From Thermoplasmatota archaeon (GTDB lineage Archaea; Thermoplasmatota; JAKEGO01): 64,000 nt of DNA. Where the stretch lies: NCBI GenBank assembly GCA_028279595.1, contig JANQNK010000002.1, positions 8,710 to 72,709 on the forward strand, read 5' to 3'. Shown in pieces: positions 37,709 through 48,301 of this stretch. Every line of letters starts with the position of its first letter. Within the stretch, counting starts at the first letter, position 1. Made by a program: the position numbers and the translations under genes. Under the pieces are notes generated by a model. It ran no database searches. It was not told the DNA's origin and was given only the letters and a program-made list of their open reading frames with translations.

Positions 37709-40498
37709 TCATTCCTTCGTGATCTCGTCCTCGAGCTCCTTGCGGTGGTCGATGAGGACCTGCACCCGCTTGGCGAGCTCGTCGAAGGAGACGTCCTGCG
37801 CCTCCATGCCCTCAACGGCGTCCGGCGGGGGCGTTATCATGGGAGGACCCCTGGCGGGCGGCGCCTCGGGCTCCTTGGCGGGGGTTTCCTCCTCCTCGAC
37901 CGGAGGTTCGTCCTCGATAGGCTCGGGCGCCCTCTTCCTGACCGCCACGAAGAACCCTGCGAGGACGATGATGACGACGACCATTATTAGGATCGCCAGT
38001 ATCATCAGCATCGAGAACTCGGACGTCTCGTCCTCCGCCTTGACCACGTTCACGACGAGGGATATGGTCATACCGTGGACCCCGTGGCTGTCCACCGGGG
38101 TGATGTTGACAAGATAGGTCCCGGGCTTCTCCCACACGTTGTCGGCGACGATCCCCTGAACGGTCCAGTTGACACCCTCGCCGTAATCCACCCTGAAGGT
38201 CAGCTCCTCGTCCGGGTCGTCGGGGTCGTACGAGTGCGAGAGGTAGATGAACAGCGGCTTCTCCGCCTCGACCTCGCCCACGGTCCCCCGGTTGGTGATC
38301 CTAGCTATCGGAAGGCTGTTGTTGTGGACGATGTACGTGAAGTTGACCGGGATGGACGTGATGTTCTCGTCGTCGGTGACCTGGAAGCTGATGAGGTGCT
38401 CTCCAGGACTGAGCTTGACCCTGAACTCGTCCGACATCCCGATGGGTCCGTCGATGTCGCTGGTCCATCTGTACGAGATGATGTCCCGGCCTGCCAGGGA
38501 GGTTCCCTCGCCCGTGAAGGTCGTCCTGGTCCCGTTCCAGGTGGCGAGGTCCAGTCCGTCATTCGTCGGCTCCCAGACCTCGATGACCTTGGCAATGGGC
38601 TTGATGACCTCACCGCCGAGCGTGTAGAAGACCGAATCGAAGGACCCGAACGCCAGCGCGTCGCCGAAGGGCACTATCTGGGTGGTGCTGAAGGTCTGGT
38701 TGCTCGTCCCCCTGCCGTAATCGGTGTAGTTGACGGGCCATCCGTCGATGGCGATGCCGGTCTGGATGTCGTACGCGTACAGGGACCCGTTGAACGTTGA
38801 AATTATCACCACGTCGCCTAGGATGGTGGGCTGGTCCGACGGTGTGCCGTCGATCTCGAACTCGTCGACGAGCTCGAGCCCATCATCGAAGACCTGGATG
38901 TAGCCACGCTCGAATATGTATCCCGGGCCGCCTCCCGAGTAGCGCTCGTGGAACACGCCCGAGACGAGGATCCTCCCGTCCGCTATCGATGCTGGATTGT
39001 AGTACTCGAGATCGCTCTCGTACTCGGCGACCTCCTCGAGGCCGTAGGTGTAGAGGTATATCGTCCCGGTCGTGTTCGACGCGGGGCGTGTGACGATCGT
39101 CAGAAGGCCTCCGTCCGCGGATACGCCCATGACGTAGTGGGGAAGGTCCATCCTGCCCATGTCGGTGAGCTCGCCCTTCCTGTTGATATCGAGTATGAGT
39201 ATCCCGTCAACCTTGGCATAGATCGGCTGGAGCAGGTAGTCTCCCACCGGAACGGGCTTCTGGATCGGGCGCTTGTCCACCTGGAGGACGCTCACCATGT
39301 CGCCGTCCTCGATGTCGAAGCTCCAGATCTCCCCGGTGGTGTCGATGTCATCGTAGGAGCCGAAGACGATGTAGTCCTCCACGATCGTGAACGCGTTGTG
39401 GCCTATTCCTCCGCCGACCCAGCGCTTGGACCCCTCGGCCCAGACGTCGTGCGCCCCCGATGAGGCGTTGAGGGCATGGAGGTTACCGTCCTCCGTGCCG
39501 ATGAACAGTATGTCCTCGTGGAGCAGTATGGACCCGGTGGTGAGTTCCTCGAGGTGGACGGCCCAGATGATGTCCGCGCTGTCGAGCATCTCTCCCTGGA
39601 CGCCGTCGAAGAGGCCCTTCGTGTCGAAGGCCATCACGGTGCCGTTCTCCAGGACCGCGTAGACCATGTCGTCCCCGACCACGCAGCCGGTGATGATCTC
39701 TCCAGTCGCCGGGATCACGTTCCGTAGTCCGTCACGTTCTCCAGTCGAGAAGAACCATCCTGGCTCGATGTTCGCAAGGTCGAATATCTCCCCGCCTGCC
39801 CCCGAGTTGGTCAGATCGCCGCCCTGGACGTTCCAGACCTCGCCCGTGGACATCGTCACGTTCACGTGGACCCTGTCCGACCATGTGCCGATGTCGTTCT
39901 CTACCCTGAACGTGATGTAATGCACTCCTGCCGAGAGGAATGCCGTGAGGTTCCTGGAGTAGCCGATGGCCCCGTCGATGTCGCTCTCCCACAGATATGA
40001 TGCGATGGAGGTGCCCGATCCCGTGTCGGACGCTATGCCATGGAGGGTCACGATCCTCCCGACGACGGTCGAGTTCGGCTGGGTCCTGGTGATCTCGGCG
40101 ACGGGAGCGACGTTGTCGATGGTGATGTCTATGCTGACGGTCCCCTCGTAGTCGAAGCCGTCACGGGCCGCTGCACGTATCCTCGATTCACCGTTCTCGA
40201 CCCTGCCCGAACGCCAGACGTACTCCCAGGACGACCAGTTGGTGCCGTTCCCGGTGTCCACGGCGTTCCTCCAGGTTCCATTGATCTCCACCGAGATCCC
40301 GTCGGGCTCCGGCTCTCCATTGAGGTCCATGGTACCCTCGATCGTGACCATGCCCGATACGGTCTCGCTGTCGAGGGGAGAGGTGATATCGATCATGTAA
40401 TCCGCGGCCGCTGTCGCCGTGAACAGCAGTAGGACGGTAAGGATGAATAAGAGCGCTACCTGTCCTGTGCGCACGAGCAACCCTCCACCACGCTTCAA
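37709..40498 (-). CDS. Membrane-anchored surface protein with Ig-like, PQQ-type beta-propeller and PKD-like domains
   Basis: Signal peptide; two 'Y.W.SDIDG.IG' PKD-like units; propeller 'G.L.A' repeats; C-terminal TM helix. Confidence 0.8.
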   Translation of the reverse strand: MKRGGGLLVRTGQVALLFILTVLLLFTATAAADYMIDITSPLDSETVSGMVTIEGTMDLNGEPEPDGISVEINGTWRNAVDTGNGTNWSSWEYVWRSGRVENGESRIRAAARDGFDYEGTVSIDITIDNVAPVAEITRTQPNSTVVGRIVTLHGIASDTGSGTSIASYLWESDIDGAIGYSRNLTAFLSAGVHYITFRVENDIGTWSDRVHVNVTMSTGEVWNVQGGDLTNSGAGGEIFDLANIEPGWFFSTGERDGLRNVIPATGEIITGCVVGDDMVYAVLENGTVMAFDTKGLFDGVQGEMLDSADIIWAVHLEELTTGSILLHEDILFIGTEDGNLHALNASSGAHDVWAEGSKRWVGGGIGHNAFTIVEDYIVFGSYDDIDTTGEIWSFDIEDGDMVSVLQVDKRPIQKPVPVGDYLLQPIYAKVDGILILDINRKGELTDMGRMDLPHYVMGVSADGGLLTIVTRPASNTTGTIYLYTYGLEEVAEYESDLEYYNPASIADGRILVSGVFHERYSGGGPGYIFERGYIQVFDDGLELVDEFEIDGTPSDQPTILGDVVIISTFNGSLYAYDIQTGIAIDGWPVNYTDYGRGTSNQTFSTTQIVPFGDALAFGSFDSVFYTLGGEVIKPIAKVIEVWEPTNDGLDLATWNGTRTTFTGEGTSLAGRDIISYRWTSDIDGPIGMSDEFRVKLSPGEHLISFQVTDDENITSIPVNFTYIVHNNSLPIARITNRGTVGEVEAEKPLFIYLSHSYDPDDPDEELTFRVDYGEGVNWTVQGIVADNVWEKPGTYLVNITPVDSHGVHGMTISLVVNVVKAEDETSEFSMLMILAILIMVVVIIVLAGFFVAVRKRAPEPIEDEPPVEEEETPAKEPEAPPARGPPMITPPPDAVEGMEAQDVSFDELAKRVQVLIDHRKELEDEITKE

Positions 40499-40629
40499 CG
40501 GCTCACCGTGAAGTAATAGCGAATCACACTATTAAAGGTTGTTTAGGCCCGATAAACGTCTGGCCCCCTTGCCGGCGCATGCGTTATTTATAAATAATCG
40601 GACCCATGTAGGCCCTCCGAGGCAGTGAT

Positions 40630-41085
40630 ATGGCAAGAATGCACGCCAGGAGGAAGGGAACGTCCGGATCGAACCGGCCGCTCGTGACGGAGAAGCCCGA
40701 ATGGGTACAGCTCACGTCTGGCGAGGTCGAGCTCAAGGTGCTCGAGCTCAGGCGCGAGGGACTGTCCACGGCCAGGATCGGAACCGTACTGAGGGACCAG
40801 TATGCGATACCCAGCGTCAAGCTCGTGACCGGGAAGAGCATCCTTCAGATCCTCCAGGAGAACGACGCAGCGCCGAAACTGCCCGAGGACCTTATGGACC
40901 TGATCCGTACCGCCGTGAGGATATCCGAGCATCTGGAGACCAACACCAAGGACATCCACAACAAGCGGTCGATGGCACTCGTGGAGGCCAAGATCAGGCG
41001 CCTGGTCAAGTATTATCGCAGGACGGGAGTGCTTCCGGACGACTGGAAGTACACGCTGAGCAAGGCCAAGCTCCTCATAGACTGA
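40630..41085 (+). CDS. rps15: 30S ribosomal protein S15 (S13e family)
   Basis: '[15 protein letters not shown]', 'LPEDL', 'KIRRLVKYY'. Confidence 0.97.
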   Translation: MARMHARRKGTSGSNRPLVTEKPEWVQLTSGEVELKVLELRREGLSTARIGTVLRDQYAIPSVKLVTGKSILQILQENDAAPKLPEDLMDLIRTAVRISEHLETNTKDIHNKRSMALVEAKIRRLVKYYRRTGVLPDDWKYTLSKAKLLID

Positions 41086-41096
41086 GGTGGCCGGCG

Positions 41097-42434
41097 TTGC
41101 AGTCCATCCAGGATCAGATCGAATCCCTAGCGTCGACGCTGAAGGGACTGGCGTTCGTCAGGGTGATAACCCACTACGACGCAGATGGCATTTCGGCTGG
41201 TGGGGTACTGTGCAGGGCACTACACCGGGCCGGTGTCAGATTCCATTGCACCATGCTGCGCGAGCTGAAGGCCCCCGATCCCGAATGGTGGTCAGACTCC
41301 GACCTGGTCGTGATGCTCGACATGGGCTCGTCGGTCATAGAGGCGATGGCCCAGCACGGGAGATCGGCGATACTGGACCATCACACCCTGAACGGCTCGG
41401 GCGAGGCCCCTCCCAACGTCGTCCACATCAACCCGCGGATGCACGGTATCGACGGGACCACCGGCGCGTGCGGCTCGACCCTTGCGTACCTGGTCGCTGA
41501 GGCCATGGACCCGGCCAATGTCGACCTTGCCCCGTACGCCATTGGCGGCATGATCGGCGACAGGCAGTTCGTGGGAGGTTTCTCCGGGCTCAACACGGGC
41601 ATCCTCGAGCGGGCCATAGCGGCCGGCGAGGTCGAGGTCGTGAAGGGACTTCCCCTTTTCGGGACGACCGTGTCGGAGGCACTCGAGCTCTCTAACGACC
41701 CGTTCTACATCGGCCTTTCGGGAGAACCCGACAATGTCGATGCATTCCTCAGGGAGATAGGCATCGATCCGTCCTCGACCGTCGAGGACGTCGAGTCCGA
41801 CCCTGTCAAGGCAAGCATACTCATGAGCCGTCTCGCACTCAGACTGGTCGACCAGGGTACCGCCCTCGAGAACGTCAAGGAGACCTTCATGGACAAGTAC
41901 AGGTTCCCGAAGCTCCACACGGACGGCTTCATGCTCTCTAACGTGATAAACAGCACCGGCAGACTCGGAGTGCCTGGCGTTGGCCTCTCCGTGGTCATGG
42001 GCGACCCCGCAGCCATGGAGGAGGGCAGCCGGACCAGGGCCCAGTACCGCCGCAACGTCCAGGTCGGCTTGATCGGGTTGAGGGACAGGACGACGGCGCT
42101 GGAGCGCGTCCAGTACTTCACCAACACCGTCCCGAACATGGGCGGCGCGCTCTCCGGGCTCGGCGTGAGTTACATCCTCGATCCCCATAGGGCGGCAATC
42201 GCGTTCACCGAGTCCGGCAAGGACCTCAAGATATCCGGGAGGGCGACCCGGGCGCTCGTCTCCCAGGGACTGGACCTGGCCGATGCGCTTTCTAAGGCCT
42301 CTGGGACTGTCGGCGGAGTCGGTGGTGGCCATCCCATAGCCGCCGGAGCGACGATACCGGCGGACAGGAAGGACGAGTTCCTTCAGGCTTTGGACGACGC
42401 ACTGATAGCCCAGGTCGGACTTGTACCGAACTGA
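41097..42434 (+). CDS. DHH-family phosphoesterase (archaeal RecJ-like)
   Basis: HYDADG, DMG, DHH, GGGH motifs; TTG start after GAGGTG; typical position after rps15. Confidence 0.9.
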   Translation: MQSIQDQIESLASTLKGLAFVRVITHYDADGISAGGVLCRALHRAGVRFHCTMLRELKAPDPEWWSDSDLVVMLDMGSSVIEAMAQHGRSAILDHHTLNGSGEAPPNVVHINPRMHGIDGTTGACGSTLAYLVAEAMDPANVDLAPYAIGGMIGDRQFVGGFSGLNTGILERAIAAGEVEVVKGLPLFGTTVSEALELSNDPFYIGLSGEPDNVDAFLREIGIDPSSTVEDVESDPVKASILMSRLALRLVDQGTALENVKETFMDKYRFPKLHTDGFMLSNVINSTGRLGVPGVGLSVVMGDPAAMEEGSRTRAQYRRNVQVGLIGLRDRTTALERVQYFTNTVPNMGGALSGLGVSYILDPHRAAIAFTESGKDLKISGRATRALVSQGLDLADALSKASGTVGGVGGGHPIAAGATIPADRKDEFLQALDDALIAQVGLVPN

Positions 42435-42491
42435 CATCTTCACGATACCCCCCGACGAACTCTTATCTAATCGGACCAAGATTGCATTACC

Positions 42492-43028
42492 ATGCCCTGG
42501 CGAGTCACCGTCTATGTCGATGTGGGAAACCTCGGTAAGGCGGTGGAGGCACTTAAGAGGAAGCAGGAGATAACCGATGAATGGTGGGACGTCGACTATC
42601 CGGCAATGATCGATGAGCTGGACTCCTTCCTTGCTGATACGGTCATCGACAAATGCTTCTTCTATGACGCGAGCAAGACAGGCCGACTCAACACCTTCCA
42701 TCGTAGGATCATCGATTGGGGATATATTCCCAAGGTCAGAAGGCTGAAATCCTCTCACGGTCACGCTAGACAGAAGGGAGTTGACATTCAGTTGGCTGTT
42801 GATATGTTGTCGCACGCTTACGAGGACAAGTTCGATATCGCTTTCCTCTGTTCGGGCGATGGTGATTTCGTTCCACTCATTGATCGAGTCCATGATCTGG
42901 GAAAAGAGGTCCATCTTGCCGCTTTCGTCGATTCCCTATCAGGCGAGCTACAGCGTAGGTCTGACCTTCCCTATCTCTCGCTGACCCGACTTGGTGACAA
43001 GGTAATCTACAAGAAAGTACTCGTATAG
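42492..43028 (+). CDS. NYN-domain (LabA/DUF88) PIN-fold protein
   Basis: YVDVGNL, QKGVD, SGDGDF motifs. Confidence 0.88.
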   Translation: MPWRVTVYVDVGNLGKAVEALKRKQEITDEWWDVDYPAMIDELDSFLADTVIDKCFFYDASKTGRLNTFHRRIIDWGYIPKVRRLKSSHGHARQKGVDIQLAVDMLSHAYEDKFDIAFLCSGDGDFVPLIDRVHDLGKEVHLAAFVDSLSGELQRRSDLPYLSLTRLGDKVIYKKVLV

Positions 43029-43219
43029 GAACCTTATACGGGCGATGAGTGGTTTCCCACCAAGAGCATTCCGCTTCATCGCCCGTGGGTTTCCAACATT
43101 CAATATACGAATCTGGTGGTATTTATGCCTTTCTTCGAACCTGACTGAAAGTAAGACCTTTAAAGATCAACACCTTTCGCGGAACCTTTAAATAAGTGGG
43201 TACGTGTGCCAGGGATACC

Positions 43220-43369
43220 ATGGCAAGATTCCCCGAAGCGGAGGAGCGTCTGCTCAACAAGAAGGTCTGCATGAAGTGCAGTGCCACCAATCCGGTCAGG
43301 GCCAAGCGCTGCAGGAAGTGCGGCTACACCGGTCTCCGCCAGAAATCCCGCATCTCCCGCGGCGGATGA
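43220..43369 (+). CDS. rpl40e: 50S ribosomal protein L40e (absent from the ORF track, 49 aa)
   Basis: Translates [49 protein letters not shown]. Confidence 0.95.
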   Translation: MARFPEAEERLLNKKVCMKCSATNPVRAKRCRKCGYTGLRQKSRISRGG

Positions 43370-43419
43370 TCCCCGGCCATGGGCAAGTTATTTGACTGCT
43401 ACCGCCATCAGGGTAGCGT

Positions 43420-44565
43420 ATGCGCATTCTTCAGGTGGCTCCGTACTTCCACCCCCACATCGGCGGGGTAGAGTCCCACGTCCGGGACATATCCCTGGAG
43501 CTCATCCGGCGGAAGCAGGACGTCGAGGTCCTGACCGCGCGCTACGATCCCGCGCTTCCCGAGAGGGAGAACCACTGGGGCATCCCCATCCGTCGGTCCA
43601 AGACCATGTTCACGGCGTTCTCGACACCGATGTCCCCGAGGATCGGGAAGTCCTTCGAGAAGGATGTCGACATCGTCCACGTCCACAGTCCTCCTCCCTT
43701 CACCGAGTGGTTCACGATCAGGGGGGCGAGGCGGCAGCAGCTTCCCGTCATAATCACGCATCACTGCGACCTCGAGATCCCCTCGAAGGTCGGTCCGTTC
43801 GTCACCGGTGTCTACCGGCGGACCATCGGCAGGAGCGCGCTGTCGAAGGCGACGAGGATAGTCGTCACAACGGAATCCTATGGCCGGACCTCGAACTGCG
43901 TCTGGCGCTTCCATCCGGACATCATCCCGAACACCGTTGACGTCGAGCGGTTCAAGCCCGGCCTCGACGCTTCCTCGATAATCGAGCGCGAGCGTCTCAA
44001 GGGAAAGCACATGGCGATGTACGTCGGCAGGATCGTATTCCACAAGGGCCTGGAATACTTCATACAGTCCGCCCAGGACACCCCCGACAACATGGTCCAC
44101 CTGATCGTCGGCACCGGCCCGAAGATGGACGAGTTGAAGGCGATGGCCCGGAGGTACGGTGTCGCCAGGAAGGTGCGTTTCGCCGGATACGTCTCCGACG
44201 AGGACCTGCCGTTGTATTATACGGCAGCCGACGTCCTCGTGCTGCCCTCCGTCTCCCGCCTCGAGGCCTTCGGGATCGTTGGACTGGAGGCGATGGCGAC
44301 AGGGACCCCCGTTGTCCTCTCGAACATCCCCGGAGTGAAGGACGTCATCCAGCACGGCGAACACGGATACCTCGCCGAACCCCTCGACTCAAAGGACATC
44401 GCAAGGAAGATCAGCGCCGTCATCGAGGACCCCGAAGAGGCCGCCGAGATGGCCAAGCGAGCACGACGCCACGTCGTCAGCAATTACAGCCTCCGCAATG
44501 TCGGGAAGATGCTCATCAAACTCTACCGCGACGTCATCCGTGAGCATGAAGCAAACCAGAACTGA
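43420..44565 (+). CDS. Glycosyltransferase family 4
   Basis: 'P.IGGVE', 'VGRI..HKG', 'EAFGIVGLEAMA.G.P'. Confidence 0.92.
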   Translation: MRILQVAPYFHPHIGGVESHVRDISLELIRRKQDVEVLTARYDPALPERENHWGIPIRRSKTMFTAFSTPMSPRIGKSFEKDVDIVHVHSPPPFTEWFTIRGARRQQLPVIITHHCDLEIPSKVGPFVTGVYRRTIGRSALSKATRIVVTTESYGRTSNCVWRFHPDIIPNTVDVERFKPGLDASSIIERERLKGKHMAMYVGRIVFHKGLEYFIQSAQDTPDNMVHLIVGTGPKMDELKAMARRYGVARKVRFAGYVSDEDLPLYYTAADVLVLPSVSRLEAFGIVGLEAMATGTPVVLSNIPGVKDVIQHGEHGYLAEPLDSKDIARKISAVIEDPEEAAEMAKRARRHVVSNYSLRNVGKMLIKLYRDVIREHEANQN

Positions 44566-44808
44566 TGACCGTTTGAGGTCCCTCGGCCTTCCACATCCGT
44601 TAACTCTCGATCGAAGAGAGGCGACCATAGTGGTGACATGAGGATGGCAGCCCGCCATCTCCCGAGTTACACCTCCTATTGAGAGGCGCGCGACCCCAAC
44701 GTTACGTCGGGGATCGATGCGCCTCGAACTCATATGATAAGGAATTAACGTAATGCACCAATTCCCGGGGACCTTTTTCGACAAAATCTTTAAGACGGCC
44801 ATCCGGGA

Positions 44809-45768
44809 TTGCACTTCGTGCACCTCAGGGTATCCCTTGGCAGTGCGATCCTCCTCGGACTCAGGTCCGGAAGGATGGACGCCGAACCGACGACGATCTA
44901 TCTCATGCTCGGCGAGTCGTGCGGCTCGTCATGTCTATACTGTTCCCAAGCAACGGAGGCGGAGCCATCCGACACCCTCTCGAGGGTGACCTGGCCTGCG
45001 GTCGATGTGGAGGAACTCGTCAGGGCGCTGTCGGACGAGGACCTCGAGGCCGAGCGAATTTGCATACAGTCCCTCGAATATCCGGAGCTGCTCGGGGACC
45101 TGGTCACCCTGACGACGGCGATCAGGACGGTCACCAGGATACCGGTCTCGGCGTCGGTCCCGCCCCTTTCGCGGGATGCGATCATCACATTGAAACAGGC
45201 CGGGCTATCCTCGGTGGGGATATCAGTTGACATCGCATGCAACGATCTCTTCGACGCCGTGCGTCCCGTGAGGTCCGACCTCTCGGAACATTGGAGTTCG
45301 CTCGAGGACGCCGTTGACGTCTTCGGCGGATCGGCCCTCCATGTCATCGCCGGGCTCGGCGAGACGGACCTTGAACTGCTCGAGGCGTCGTCCAGAGCCT
45401 TCAAGCTGGGCGCGGACGTCGCACTCTTCGCCTACACCCCGCTCGACGAGAGGCTTCCGTTCGAGAAGCCCTCGCTGCAGCGGTACAGGGCGCTTCAGGC
45501 GGGTGTGAACGCCCTGCGCAACGGTGGTGAACTGGAGAGCTTCGGATTCGACGGATGCGGCAGGATCGCCGGACTTCCTGACGGCGCCGACGATGCGGAG
45601 GCCTTCTGCACCTCGGGCTGTCCAGGCTGCAACCGGCCTTACTACAACGAATCCCCCGCGGGACCGATGTACAACCATCCGAAGGAACTCACGTTCGACG
45701 AGGCCTGGAAGGCGTGCGACGATGTACGGGCCTACGGCGTGATCGTCGGAGAGGAGGTGAAGGAATGA
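44809..45768 (+). CDS. Radical SAM protein, LipS2-like subunit of archaeal-type lipoyl synthase
   Basis: CxxxCxxC (CGSSCLYC), LSRVTWP, TSGCPGCNRP; coupled to lipoate ligase genes. Confidence 0.75.
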   Translation: MHFVHLRVSLGSAILLGLRSGRMDAEPTTIYLMLGESCGSSCLYCSQATEAEPSDTLSRVTWPAVDVEELVRALSDEDLEAERICIQSLEYPELLGDLVTLTTAIRTVTRIPVSASVPPLSRDAIITLKQAGLSSVGISVDIACNDLFDAVRPVRSDLSEHWSSLEDAVDVFGGSALHVIAGLGETDLELLEASSRAFKLGADVALFAYTPLDERLPFEKPSLQRYRALQAGVNALRNGGELESFGFDGCGRIAGLPDGADDAEAFCTSGCPGCNRPYYNESPAGPMYNHPKELTFDEAWKACDDVRAYGVIVGEEVKE

Positions 45769-46529
45769 CAGAATGGCGACTCCTCCCGGACAGGCATCGG
45801 AAAGCCTCGGAGAACATGGCCATCGACGAATCGGTCCTTCGTCACAGGTTCGAGACAGGCGTGAACACTCTCCGCTTCTTCGGGTGGGACCCGTCGGCGA
45901 TATCCATCGGTTACTTCCAGGGCCTCGAGCAGGAGGTCGACACCGAAGCCTGCAATGAGAGGGGCATCGACGTCGTCCGTCGGATCACCGGCGGAGGTGC
46001 GGTCTATCACGACTTCGCCGGAGAGGTCACCTACAGCATCGTCATGCCGCAGGACGATCCACTGGTGAAGGGTCTTGACATCCTCGGCTCCTACGAGGTC
46101 CTCTGCGCGGGCCTGGTGGACGGGCTGGCGAGGCTCGGCATCACGGCAGAGTTCAAGCCTGTCAACGACATCATCGCGAATGGCAGGAAGATCTCCGGGA
46201 ACGCACAGACCAGGCGGGCCGGGTGCATACTCCAGCACGGAACGGTCCTCGTTGACGTCGATCCCGACCTGATGTTCACTCTCCTGAGGGTCCCCGACGA
46301 GAAGATCAGGGACAAGATGATCGCGGCGGTGAAGGATAGGGTCACGTCGATAAGGCACGAGGTCGGCGATGTCGAGAGGAGGGCGGTCGTGAATGCCCTG
46401 ACAGAGGGATTCGGCTCGTCGTTAGATGCGGAGTTCGTCGAGCTCGACCTGACACAGGAGGAGCTTGCTGCAGTGCCGGAGATCGAGGCCGAGAGGTTCG
46501 GCGATCCGGAATGGACCGGGAGGCGCTGA
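45765..46529 (+). CDS. lplA: Lipoate-protein ligase, catalytic (N-terminal) subunit
   Basis: NMAIDE, RRITGGGAVYHD, KISGNAQ, QHGT. Confidence 0.92.
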   Translation: MTEWRLLPDRHRKASENMAIDESVLRHRFETGVNTLRFFGWDPSAISIGYFQGLEQEVDTEACNERGIDVVRRITGGGAVYHDFAGEVTYSIVMPQDDPLVKGLDILGSYEVLCAGLVDGLARLGITAEFKPVNDIIANGRKISGNAQTRRAGCILQHGTVLVDVDPDLMFTLLRVPDEKIRDKMIAAVKDRVTSIRHEVGDVERRAVVNALTEGFGSSLDAEFVELDLTQEELAAVPEIEAERFGDPEWTGRR

Positions 46530-46530
46530 G

Positions 46531-46800
46531 ATGGAGCACATCCTCAAGGTCGAGGGAGGGAAGATGCTCAGGGTCCGCGGGTCGGTCTCCGACGGACGGA
46601 TATCCTCGGTCACGATAACGGGAGATTTCTTCCTCCATCCCGAGGACGTGATCGAATCCATCGAGTCCTCGCTTCAGGGAGCCCTCCTGGAAAGGGAGAC
46701 CGTCCTCGCCGTCGTCGCCAACGAGCTGGTCGGAGCGACGCTCGTGGGCGCTACCGAGGAGGACGTCACGGACCTTGTCATGATGCTCGAGAATGAGTGA
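46531..46800 (+). CDS. Lipoate-protein ligase accessory (C-terminal domain) subunit
   Basis: 'KV.GGK', 'ITGDFFLHPE..I..IE..L.G'. Confidence 0.85.
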   Translation: MEHILKVEGGKMLRVRGSVSDGRISSVTITGDFFLHPEDVIESIESSLQGALLERETVLAVVANELVGATLVGATEEDVTDLVMMLENE

Positions 46801-46993
46801 CATTCCCCCTCTAGATGCCGTTTTTCGCCGCTTCAGGGCGGTTCCGTGTTACGGTCGTATAAATACTCTCTCGTGACCTCCTGAAAATTGTCACAAAATT
46901 CGCTCCAAAATGGCCTCCACGATGGTTATAACCCCTGATTGTAACATAGTTAACAAAAGTGTTTAAATAGAATAACTTAAAGAAATAATATAT

Positions 46994-47407
46994 ATGGGGA
47001 TGTTGGCCAGGGAGGTCACGTACGACGTGTTGCTTACCGCCCTGCGACGGTCCTTCGGGCCGAAGATAGAGGAAGAGGCCCTTGAGAGGATCGCCGAGTA
47101 TGTTCTAAACATCTTTGGATACAGCAGCTACCATCCGGACTACAGACTGAACCAGGAGGAGAGGAACATGTTCTATCTCCTCGAGGACCACGGGATCGTC
47201 ATGACGCAGGAGGAGAAGTTCAACTTCCCTCGCGGCGGGACCATCAGGATAGGTTTCTGGATCCTCAGGAAGAAACACATCTTCGAACTGGCATGTCCGG
47301 ACGAGCCTGTTATGTGTGAGGAACTGCCGGTGAGCGTGTACGACACCCTAGATCAGGACATCTGGCACAAGCACGGTCAGATAGCGGACGAGAGCCTGTC
47401 CTGCTGA
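46994..47407 (+). CDS. DUF6015-like winged-helix protein (divergent copy)
   Basis: 'AEYVLNIFGY', 'ERNMFYLLEDHGIV'; paralogue of 50160-50591. Confidence 0.7.
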   Translation: MGMLAREVTYDVLLTALRRSFGPKIEEEALERIAEYVLNIFGYSSYHPDYRLNQEERNMFYLLEDHGIVMTQEEKFNFPRGGTIRIGFWILRKKHIFELACPDEPVMCEELPVSVYDTLDQDIWHKHGQIADESLSC

Positions 47408-47638
47408 AGCCGGAGGGGTGACCCGGCCAAGCTGGAGTTAGACCTTGAGAGAGGAATCTCTCGGCGAAGAGGATGCGGGGGCATTCCATCTTCTTTGGGA
47501 CAGGATCGTGGGCAGTCCTATTTCGTTACAGTACCGTTCTAACTATCCTATACTTACTGTTATTATACTGTAATCGAAGTCGTTTTTCCTACACTGTCGG
47601 CGGAAAAACGTTTAAACGGTTCATTCCGATGTGGTGTC

Positions 47639-48301
47639 ATGTCAGGGTCAGGGAACCCTATGAAGGAGGCATACTTCACTGCCGAGAACATTAGGGACGT
47701 TGCAGCGGAGATGCTCTCGGAGGTTCCCGCTCGAGGACGGATCGAGTTCGTTCCGGAACGTTCCGCTCTTCTTGTCATTGACATGCAGCGTTACTTCTGC
47801 GAGGAGGCGTCCCATGCATTCGTTCCCTCGTCCGCTGCCATCGTTCCAGGGATCATCGAGCTGGTCAACTCGTACCACGAGGCGGGCAGGCCCGTCGTGT
47901 TCACGCGTCACTTCAACACCAGGGCGGAAGCGGGTCTGATGCTCGAGTGGTGGGGCGACATTCTTGAGCTCCACGACCCCCTTTCGGAGATAATTTCCGA
48001 ACTGGACGGAATGGGGGCGGTCATCGCGAAGAGCCGGTACGATGCATTTATAGGGACCGATCTGGAAGAGCGTTTCAGGTCCATGGACGTCGACACCGTT
48101 GTTGTCGTCGGTGTGATGACACATCTCTGCTGCGAGTCCACCGCTCGCAGTGCATTCATGAGGGACCTCAAGGTCTTCATTCCTGTGGATGGGAACGCGA
48201 CCTACAACCAGGACCTCCACATGGGTTCCCTCAGGAACCTGGCCCACGGTTTCGCAACGCCCGTTCTCGTCAAGGACATCGTCGGGAGGATGACCTCATG
48301 A
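47639..48301 (+). CDS. Isochorismatase-like cysteine hydrolase
   Basis: VIDMQ (Asp), K.RYDAF (Lys), THLCCEST (Cys) triad. Confidence 0.9.
   Translation: MSGSGNPMKEAYFTAENIRDVAAEMLSEVPARGRIEFVPERSALLVIDMQRYFCEEASHAFVPSSAAIVPGIIELVNSYHEAGRPVVFTRHFNTRAEAGLMLEWWGDILELHDPLSEIISELDGMGAVIAKSRYDAFIGTDLEERFRSMDVDTVVVVGVMTHLCCESTARSAFMRDLKVFIPVDGNATYNQDLHMGSLRNLAHGFATPVLVKDIVGRMTS

Noticed and set aside
40701-41096. N-terminal extension of the 577-aa DHH ORF
   Set aside because: Overlaps rps15 out of frame; RBS and TTG at 41097 give a better start
41292-42914. 540-aa minus-strand ORF
   Set aside because: Antisense to the well-supported DHH and NYN genes; typical high-GC shadow ORF
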